Below, piece by piece: positions 54,966 to 64,000 of a stretch of DNA of 64,000 bases; within the stretch, counting starts at the first letter, position 1; the number at the start of each line of letters is the position of its first letter. Below the pieces are notes generated by a model, which saw nothing but the letters and a program-made list of their open reading frames with translations, searched no databases and was not told where the DNA came from. Location: assembly GCA_963729605.1 (NCBI GenBank), contig CAVSNY010000007.1:480001-544000 (forward strand), written 5' to 3'. This stretch comes from an uncultured Gammaproteobacteria bacterium. Lineage in GTDB: Bacteria; Pseudomonadota; Gammaproteobacteria; DRLM01. The position numbers were made by a program, and so were the translations under genes.

Positions 54966-56297
54966 TCAATTCAGCCAGCGATTGATCTCTTCGAGGTCCT
55001 TGACTTCGAGCAGGCCCGCCGCCTGCCGCAGGCGCAGGATGCTGAGGATGTAGTCGTAACGCGTCCGCGCGTAATTGCGCTGGGCGTCGAAGAGATTGCG
55101 CCGCGACTGCACCACGTCGACGATGGTGCGGGTGCCGACTTCATAACCCGCCTCGGTGGCCTCCAGCGCGCTCTCGCTGGAGATTCGCGCCTGTTTGAGT
55201 GCGTTGACGCTGCTGATGTTGTCGAGCACGTTGAGGTAGGCGCTGCGGGTCTGGCGGTCGACGGCGCGCCGCTGTTGCTCGAGCGCCTCCTTGGCCTGGA
55301 TCAAACGGTATTGGCCCTCGCGGACGCGGGCGGAGGTGCCGCCGCCTTCGTAGAGCGGCAGGCGTAATTGCAGGCCGATGCTGCTGTCGTACGATTCGCT
55401 GGCGCCGAAGCGGCCCGCCCCCACGTCGCTGTAACCGTAGCTGGCCACCGCGTCGAGGGTGGGGTAGTGGCCGGCGCGGCGCAGCTTCATCTCTTCGCGG
55501 GCGGCGTCCACGGCGAACTGCGCGGCGATGAATGACAGATTCTGTCTGCCGGCGTTTTCCAGCCAGACGGTCATGTCGGCCGGCTCGGGGGTGAGCAGGG
55601 GGATGGTTTCTCGCAGGGTGGCGAGGGTGGCCGGGCTGTAGCCGGTGGTTTCCCGCAGTTCTTCCCGGCTGATGGCGAGGCGGGTTTCCGCGGCAATTTC
55701 CCGCGCGACGGCGAGGTCGTAGGCGGCCTGCGATTCGTGCACGTCGGTGATGGCGATCAGCCCTACCTCAAAACGCTGTTTGATTTGTTCGAACAGCCGC
55801 TGATTGGCGTTTTTTTCGGCGCGGGCAAATTCCAGGTCGTCGGCCGCGGCCAGGACATTGAAATAGAGGTCGGCGGTGCGCACCACCAGGTTCTGCCATT
55901 CGGCGTCGTAATTGGCGAGGGCCTGGCCGATGGCGGCGTCCGCTTGGCGCAGGCTCACGAAATAGTCGCGGCGGTAAAGCGCCTGGTTGAGGTTGAGGCT
56001 GTAACTCTTGGTGGTGGAGTTAAAAGTGCCGGGCTGGAATAAGGGGCTGTTGCTGTTTTCGATCTCTTGCCGTTCGCGGGAGAGGCCGGCGGTGGCGGTG
56101 AGCTGCGGCAGTAATCGGGCTCGGGCCTGGCTCTTGGTTTGTTCGACGGCCTGATAAGCGGCCTCGGCTTGCCGCAATTGCGGGTCGTTTTCCGCCGCCC
56201 GCTGATAGACCTCCAGCAGCGTATCGGCCGATGCGATGCCGGGCAGGGTGGCGAGGGCCACGGCGCTGGCGAGGAAAACGGCTCGAATCCGGGACAC
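54966..56297 (-). CDS. tolC: TolC family outer membrane channel
   Basis: Signal peptide, ARLLPQL, RFEVGLIAITDV, AGHYPTLD, GYEVGTRTIVDV. Confidence 0.92.
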   Translation of the reverse strand: MSRIRAVFLASAVALATLPGIASADTLLEVYQRAAENDPQLRQAEAAYQAVEQTKSQARARLLPQLTATAGLSRERQEIENSNSPLFQPGTFNSTTKSYSLNLNQALYRRDYFVSLRQADAAIGQALANYDAEWQNLVVRTADLYFNVLAAADDLEFARAEKNANQRLFEQIKQRFEVGLIAITDVHESQAAYDLAVAREIAAETRLAISREELRETTGYSPATLATLRETIPLLTPEPADMTVWLENAGRQNLSFIAAQFAVDAAREEMKLRRAGHYPTLDAVASYGYSDVGAGRFGASESYDSSIGLQLRLPLYEGGGTSARVREGQYRLIQAKEALEQQRRAVDRQTRSAYLNVLDNISSVNALKQARISSESALEATEAGYEVGTRTIVDVVQSRRNLFDAQRNYARTRYDYILSILRLRQAAGLLEVKDLEEINRWLN

Positions 56298-56322
56298 GGG
56301 GCTTCCTTTGGCTTTGTTGTTT

Positions 56323-56643
56323 TTAATACGTCGGCATGTCCGGGTCCACTTCTTCGGCCCAGGCATCGACGCCGCCGGCCAGATTGAGGACGTTGCTGAA
56401 GCCGATCTGGATCAGATAGCCGGCCACCCGCGCGCTGCGTCCGCCGTGGTGGCAGATCACGATGGTCTCCTGCTCGGGGTCGAGGTCGGCGCTGGCCTCG
56501 GGTATCTGATTCATGGGGATGTGCCGCGAACCCTCGATGCGGCAGATGGCCCATTCGTGGGGCTCGCGCACGTCGAGCAAAAGGGGTTTCGGATCGGCCG
56601 TCTCAAGGTAGGTTTTGAGTTCGGTGGGGGTGATTTCTAACAT
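56323..56643 (-). CDS. Rhodanese-like sulfurtransferase
   Basis: LLDVREPHEW, CHHGGRS, NLAGGVDAW. Confidence 0.9.
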   Translation of the reverse strand: MLEITPTELKTYLETADPKPLLLDVREPHEWAICRIEGSRHIPMNQIPEASADLDPEQETIVICHHGGRSARVAGYLIQIGFSNVLNLAGGVDAWAEEVDPDMPTY

Positions 56644-56702
56644 CGCGCTGCCCTAGGCCTGTCGGTTGAATGGGGGATAGGCCTAGCTTAATAGGTGGTC
56701 TC

Positions 56703-57362
56703 TCAGAAAACAAACCGGGGCGGCTGCGGCGCGTTGATCAAAGGCGGCAGCACCGTTTCAAACAGGGTGCGCTCGTTCCAGCTCTCCTCGCCGATGCGGG
56801 TGATCAGTCGGGCGGTCATCACCGGGGCGTCGCCGGTGATGACGAACAGCCGGCCGCCGGTTTTGAGGCTGCGGCGCAGGCCGTCGGGCAACACCGGCAA
56901 GGAACCGGTCACGGCGATGACGTGGTAGGGGCCGTGTTGTTCCCAGCCGCGGCTGGCGTCGCCGACGTCCAGGGTGACATTGGCGATGCCGTGGGCCGTC
57001 AGTTTGTGGCGGGCCCGCTCCGCGAAGTCGGCATGGATGTCCACGCTGTACACCTGTTTGGCGCAGCGGGCGAGCAGGGCCGTGAAATAGCCGCTGCCGG
57101 TGCCGATCTCCAGCGCCGATTCGCCGGGCTGGACATTGAGCGCCTGCAGCATGCGCGCCTCGACCTTGGGCGCCATCATCACCTCGCCGTGTTCCAGCGG
57201 GATGTGGGTATCGGCGTAGGCCAGGCTGAGGTAGGCGGCGGGCACGAAGGCCTCGCGGGGCAGGCTGTCGATCAGTTCCAGTACCCGTTGATCCAGCACG
57301 TCCCAGGGGCGGATCTGCTGTTCGATCATGTTATGGCGGGCTAGCGCGAGATTCGGCGTCAC
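56703..57362 (-). CDS. pcm: Protein-L-isoaspartate O-methyltransferase family
   Basis: ARHNMIEQQIRPW, PREAFVP, LEIGTGSGY. Confidence 0.9.
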   Translation of the reverse strand: MTPNLALARHNMIEQQIRPWDVLDQRVLELIDSLPREAFVPAAYLSLAYADTHIPLEHGEVMMAPKVEARMLQALNVQPGESALEIGTGSGYFTALLARCAKQVYSVDIHADFAERARHKLTAHGIANVTLDVGDASRGWEQHGPYHVIAVTGSLPVLPDGLRRSLKTGGRLFVITGDAPVMTARLITRIGEESWNERTLFETVLPPLINAPQPPRFVF

Positions 57363-57598
57363 GTGGATATCCTATGAATACAAAACCCGTCCAAGGTTAA
57401 GCGGTTTGCGGGTGGCAGGCAAGGGTGCGGGCGCGGCGCCGCCACGGCCGGTCGCGATAAAAAATATCGCCGGCAAGGCGCCAGGAAAGACTTTTCTTTG
57501 AGCGGGCTCGATTCGGCCGCCGTTTGACGCCGTTATCTTGCAAATCCGGGGCGCTTGCTATAGCTTGAACCCTCCCCGGCGGGTGCTTTCCCGCCGGC

Positions 57599-57676
57599 TG
57601 GCTAGGGGTGCCTCGCGCAGCGGGGCTGAGAAACACCCTTTGAACCTGATCCGGTTGAGACCGGCGTAGGGAAGCC
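57599..57676 (+). ncRNA. TPP riboswitch
   Basis: GGGGTGC...GCTGAGAAACACCCTTTGAACCTGATCCGG...CCGGCGTAGGGAAG upstream of thiC. Confidence 0.95.
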
Positions 57677-57731
57677 GCGCCTCCGCCGCCGCCCTTGCGT
57701 CCATCATCTTCCCTTAAATTCGAGAACCTGA

Positions 57732-59621
<1,890 letters not shown>

Positions 59622-59790
59622 GGTCCGTCTGCGCAAGCGGGTCGCGCTGAACCGGCCGCCGTGCTGCTCCGCCTATTTTATTTCGATAAGGTGAGGGCCG
59701 GCGGCGTTCAGCGCGCATTAACCCGCGCGGATATAGACTGAGCTGAATTGAACCGACGGCGGTTCATCGCGGTCGTGACCGAGGGGAGGG

Positions 59791-60384
59791 ATGATGGGCA
59801 GATTTTTATGCGCGCTGGTGCTGCTGAGCCTCCCGCCCGCCACGCTGCTGGCCGACTCCTCGTTCAAATGCGGCAACCGCATCGTCTCCCTCGGCGACAG
59901 CAAGGCCGAGGTGCTGATCCGTTGCGGCGCGCCGGATTGGCAGGACGATTGGACCGAATACCTCGTCGAAAGCCTGTCCGCCGCCGCGGAACGGCGAATC
60001 TCCATCGCGCGCGAGGTCTGGTTGTACGATCTCGGTCCCACGGCCTTTCAACGCATCCTCACTTTTGAGAACGGCCGCTTGCAGGACATCGCCACCGGCG
60101 GGCGGGGTATCGCCCCACCGGGCCGGCCGGGGCAGGATTGCGGTTTCGATACCCTGGACGAGGGCCTGACTCAATATGAAGTGCTGCGGCGCTGTGGCCG
60201 GCCCTTCTTCGCCGATTCCCGTTATGAAGAAAGTTTATTGGCGCGCGACGAGATGAGCCGGCGTTTGATTAATAAACGCATCGATGAGTGGACCTATAAT
60301 CTGGGACCCAATCAGTTCATGCGGATTTTAATCTTTGAAGGCGGCCGGCTGTCGCGGGTGGTTTCCGGAAACCGCGGAGAATAG
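59791..60384 (+). CDS. Secreted protein with two DUF2845-like repeats
   Basis: Signal peptide; two C...G....EVL..CG.P...W.Y.LGP..F.RIL.FE.GRL units. Confidence 0.8.
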   Translation: MMGRFLCALVLLSLPPATLLADSSFKCGNRIVSLGDSKAEVLIRCGAPDWQDDWTEYLVESLSAAAERRISIAREVWLYDLGPTAFQRILTFENGRLQDIATGGRGIAPPGRPGQDCGFDTLDEGLTQYEVLRRCGRPFFADSRYEESLLARDEMSRRLINKRIDEWTYNLGPNQFMRILIFEGGRLSRVVSGNRGE

Positions 60385-60480
60385 CCGGGTCCCGCGCCGG
60401 CGATACGCCGCGGTGCGGAAAGACCGTCGGCTGTTCCCTGGAGGTGGATTGCGCGTCGTTGCTTGCCGCGCGGCGAATCT

Positions 60481-60879
60481 TCAGGACTTCTCGTCTTCCT
60501 CGTCCCAGTCGGCATCGTCCTCTTCGATGTCCTCGATCGGCAGGGCCTCCAAGGCGTCGTCGTCGGTTTTCTTGGCCTTGGCTTTCGCCGGTGGCGCGCG
60601 CTCGGGCACGATCAAGGTTTGGGTGACCCGCGGCGTGAAATTGCGCAGGACATCGCCGTAGGTTTGCTTCAGTTCGTCGGCCAGTTTGGCCTCTTTGTCT
60701 TTCAGCTCGCGCAGCTTGGGTTCGACGATCTGGCGGTTATATTCGAGTATTGCCTTCCGTGCGAGGTTGTAGAGGTAAAACGTCTCCGGATTGCCCGTGT
60801 CGAGCTTGCGATCCAGGAGGACCGGGCTGCTCTTGGCGCCCGCTTCAAGATAACCGTACCAGTGTTGCTTGTCGTTCAT
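60481..60879 (-). CDS. Hypothetical protein with acidic tail
   Basis: AGGA RBS, GC3-biased codons, WYGYLEAGAKSSPV N-terminus, D/E-rich C-terminus. Confidence 0.75.
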   Translation of the reverse strand: MNDKQHWYGYLEAGAKSSPVLLDRKLDTGNPETFYLYNLARKAILEYNRQIVEPKLRELKDKEAKLADELKQTYGDVLRNFTPRVTQTLIVPERAPPAKAKAKKTDDDALEALPIEDIEEDDADWDEEDEKS

Positions 60880-61593
60880 TGTCCTGAGGTGTCTTTAGTT
60901 AGGTTGAGTCATGGTTGTTCCCTTCACGGCCGGCGGCCCGTCGCGCCCGTCCGGTCCGTGCACACTCTACCTCGCCGGCGGAAGCTCGGCCCGCCGCCAG
61001 TGTGAGGCGGTCAAAATAATAACGTGATTGTCGCGCTTGTATAGCCCCCCTGGATGATTGGTGTCTGGCTCGGTTATCGGTTGCTGATCCGCGTCCCTTA
61101 GGCCGTACGGTATTTTTAAAGACGCGCCGGTCGGCTTGGCCGTTTTCCGTAACGGGTCTTTATCACACGTCGATTAGTGTTATTCGGATGCGCCTTTAAA
61201 TGAATGCGATGTTTTGCCCGCCGCAAGACGGGGAAGAGACTGGCGTTGGGGGGCGCGCGGCGTCACCGGAAAAGCGATTTGATGTAACAGTGATATATTT
61301 ATTGTTTTTTGTTAGAAGGGCTTGGCGGCTCGAGCGGCGAATATTCATGCCCCTTGGTTCGCGGCCGATTATTTAAGGGTGCTGTCAGGGGTAAACCAGT
61401 CAAAAAACTGGGTTTTAGTTTGCTCGCGGTCAGCCGTCAAGAGAGGGCAGGTTGTGCGCCGCTACCGGATGATTAAGTTGATGAAGTCTTCAGAAAGGAA
61501 CGATGTGACGCGATCATTGGCGGGTGAACGCCCTCAGGCGAATTGGGATGATGATATCCGCGCCGGGCAGGGCCGCGATCCCGGGAGATGCTG

Positions 61594-64000
61594 ATGAGCG
61601 TGACCCTTGCCCGGAACTGGGAGCTTGCCCCTCGCCCCGTGGCCATGACGCTGATCGGCGTCGTGGTGCTGTTCATCGTCGGCGACTATGTCCTGCCTTT
61701 CAGCCAGGAGGCGAGGCATTGGTGGACCGATGCCTTCTGGACCGCGATGTCCTTGGCGGCCGCGCTGCGCTGTTTCGCGGTGGCGCGCGCCTTGTCAGGT
61801 CGATTGAGCCTGGCCTGGTGGATGTTCGGCGCGGGTTGCTTCGCGTGGTTCGTGGGCATGGTGGTCTGGAATTACCTGGAATTGGTGGTCGGAGAACTGA
61901 CGCCGTTTCCCGCGTTGTCGGATATAGGATTTTTGCTGCTCGCGCCCTTCGCCGCCGCGGGGCTGTTTTATTACCGGGCCGAAAAGCGCAGCGCGCAGTT
62001 CACCTTGATGGAGTTCAGCCAATTCGGCATTTTCATCGCGTGCCTGGTCGCCGCGCACGTGGTGATTTTCTACCAACCGATCCTGGACCACCGGCATGAG
62101 GATATGTATGTCGTCACCGCCCTCGCTTATCCGGTGTTGTATCTCGCATTGATCATCTACGCCATCACCAGCCTGTATTTCTATGCCCATGGCCCGGTAC
62201 GGCAGGTACTGGTATACGTCGTCGCGGGAATCGCCGTGCAAGTGATCACCCATATCCTCTACGCCTATGCCTTGCTGGGACAGACTTATGAGGCGGGTAA
62301 TTATCTGGACGTGGGATGGATCGCCGGTTTCGCGCTCATTTATTACGCCGCGGTCAAGCAGGCCAAACTGGTTTCCAACGACATGGAGATGAGCGAACGC
62401 ACCTTCCCCCGCGAGTTGCGTTTCGGCCGCATGATGTCGCCCCTGGCGCTATTGACCACCGTGCTGGTGGTGGTGGTGTTCCGCGACAATCTGCGGCCCG
62501 AGATGATCGATATCCTCATCCCGGTGGTGGTCTGTCTGCTGATCTGTCTGGCCTTGCGTGAATGGGCCAGCAGCCAGTTGGAAGAAAGCCTCAATGACGC
62601 CGTGCGGTCTTCCGAGGAAAAGTTGCGGCAGACCGCGCGAGTGGCGCCGGTGGGTATTTTTCGGACCGACGCCAAGGGCGAGTGCGTCTACGTCAACGCG
62701 TATTCCTGCGAGCTCATCGGCTTGACGCCGGCGGCCTGTCTGGGCCACGGCTGGATGCATTCATTACATCCGGACGATCGCGAGCGGGTCATCGATCAGT
62801 GGTTGGCGGCGGTGGCCTGCGCGGGGAATTTTCGCGACGAATACCGCTTGATCCACGCCAGCGGCGAGATGGTCTGGGTGTTGGGCGCGGCGGTGCCGGA
62901 GCGCGACGGTTCGGGCAAGGTCATCGGCTACGTCGGCAGCGTCATGGATATCACCGCGCGCAGGGAAATGGAGCAGGCCCTGCGTGAATCGGAAGAACGC
63001 TTCCGCAAGGTGTTCGCCTCCAGCCCGGTGCTGATCAGCATCACGCGCAAGAGCGACGGCGCATTCCTCGACGTCAACGCCGCGTTTTTGGAGACCACCG
63101 GCTGGCGGCGCGATGAACTCATCGGCCGCACCGCGTTGGACATAAAGCTGTGGATGGCGCCGCAGGACCGGGCGCATATGCTGGCGCGCCTGCAATCGGA
63201 GGCGGAATTGAGCGGGGCGGATTGGTGCCTGCGGACCAAGACCGGCGAGATTCGCGACGTATTGGGGTCGATCGAGGTGGTGAGCCTGGGCGGCGAGGAT
63301 TGCATCGTGGTGGTGGCGCAGGACATCACCGATCGCAAGCGCACCGACGCGCAAATGCTCAAATTGTCCAGCGCCCTGGAACAGACCGCCGACGCGGTGA
63401 TGATCACCGATCGCCACGGCGTGATCGAATACGTCAATACCGCCTTCGAGCAGATCACCGGTTATCAAAGCGACGAGGTGCGCGGCAAGCAGCCGAATAT
63501 CCTCAATTCCCAAAAGCAGAGTCAGGAGTTCTATCGCGATATGTGGGCCAGCATCCTGGCCGGCAAGATCTACAGCGACGTCTTCATCAACAAAAAGAAG
63601 GACGGCACGTTTTATTACGAGGAAAAAACCATCACGCCGCTCAAGGATGAGAAAGGTGTCATCAGTCATTTCGTCAGCACCGGCCGCGACATCACCGAGC
63701 GCATGCAGACCCAGGAACGTTTGCAGTTTCTCGCCCATCACGATGTGCTGACCGAGCTGCCCAATCGCAGCCTGTTTCTCGATCGGCTCAAACAATCCCT
63801 GGCCTACGCCCGCTGGCACGCGCGGCTGGTGGCGGTGTTGTTTCTCGATATCGACCGTTTCAAAAATATCAACGACACCCTCGGCCACGAGGCGGGCGAC
63901 TGTTTATTGCAGGAACTGGCGGTGCGGCTGGGCGGCTGTCTGCGCGAGCGGGATACCGTGGCGCGCTTCGGCGGTGACGAGTTCGTGATTTTGTTGAACG
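61594..64000 (+). CDS. Membrane-sensor PAS-PAS-PAS-GGDEF protein (3'-truncated by window)
   Basis: Frame open to the window end (absent from the ORF track): TM helices, three PAS/PAC units (HPDDRE, DIT.RK), AHHDVLTELPNR, LDIDRFK.IND.LGH, ARFGGDEF; alternative ATG at 61588. Confidence 0.9.
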   Translation, partial: MSVTLARNWELAPRPVAMTLIGVVVLFIVGDYVLPFSQEARHWWTDAFWTAMSLAAALRCFAVARALSGRLSLAWWMFGAGCFAWFVGMVVWNYLELVVGELTPFPALSDIGFLLLAPFAAAGLFYYRAEKRSAQFTLMEFSQFGIFIACLVAAHVVIFYQPILDHRHEDMYVVTALAYPVLYLALIIYAITSLYFYAHGPVRQVLVYVVAGIAVQVITHILYAYALLGQTYEAGNYLDVGWIAGFALIYYAAVKQAKLVSNDMEMSERTFPRELRFGRMMSPLALLTTVLVVVVFRDNLRPEMIDILIPVVVCLLICLALREWASSQLEESLNDAVRSSEEKLRQTARVAPVGIFRTDAKGECVYVNAYSCELIGLTPAACLGHGWMHSLHPDDRERVIDQWLAAVACAGNFRDEYRLIHASGEMVWVLGAAVPERDGSGKVIGYVGSVMDITARREMEQALRESEERFRKVFASSPVLISITRKSDGAFLDVNAAFLETTGWRRDELIGRTALDIKLWMAPQDRAHMLARLQSEAELSGADWCLRTKTGEIRDVLGSIEVVSLGGEDCIVVVAQDITDRKRTDAQMLKLSSALEQTADAVMITDRHGVIEYVNTAFEQITGYQSDEVRGKQPNILNSQKQSQEFYRDMWASILAGKIYSDVFINKKKDGTFYYEEKTITPLKDEKGVISHFVSTGRDITERMQTQERLQFLAHHDVLTELPNRSLFLDRLKQSLAYARWHARLVAVLFLDIDRFKNINDTLGHEAGDCLLQELAVRLGGCLRERDTVARFGGDEFVILLN

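Noticed and set aside
61386-61470. c-di-GMP-I riboswitch-like start (GGGTAAACCAGTC-AAAA-AACTGGG...CTACCGG) upstream of the GGDEF gene
   Set aside because: Lacks the GNRA loop and the conserved GACGCAAA segment; an Infernal RF01051 search would settle it

Overview
A GC-rich gammaproteobacterial chromosome segment made mostly of core genes: tsaD, typA, pip-dtd, apaH, ccp, hemF, tsaC-purD, purH-fis-dusB-prmA-accC-accB-aroQ, TlpA-dsbD-cutA, fxsA-groES-groEL with a CIRCE operator, pilU, glnE-ilvE, an LPS/LOS locus, tolC-rhodanese-pcm, TPP riboswitch-thiC, and a truncated PAS-GGDEF gene. Accessory material: (1) a secreted delta-class carbonic anhydrase between tsaC and hemF; (2) a ~9.6 kb islet separating purH from purD, carrying a beta-propeller surface protein with a GlyGly-CTERM-like tail, an IS5-family element inside a lipoprotein gene, an AAA+ ATPase, and a KaiC-like ATPase coupled to a hybrid histidine kinase; (3) three dispersed ~145 bp five-hairpin MITE-like elements whose stems differ in sequence but keep their pairing; (4) a nest of palindromic repeats with a 171 bp tandem duplication. 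Three genes appear reduced to their two ends by internal deletion (an ATP-grasp-like gene, the lipoprotein, gmhA). Three single-base +1 frameshifts (ilvE, hldE, hldD) may be sequencing errors or, for hldE/hldD/gmhA, real decay of ADP-heptose synthesis. No rRNA, tRNA or CRISPR array was found. Family calls come from recognising motifs by eye; no database searches were run.
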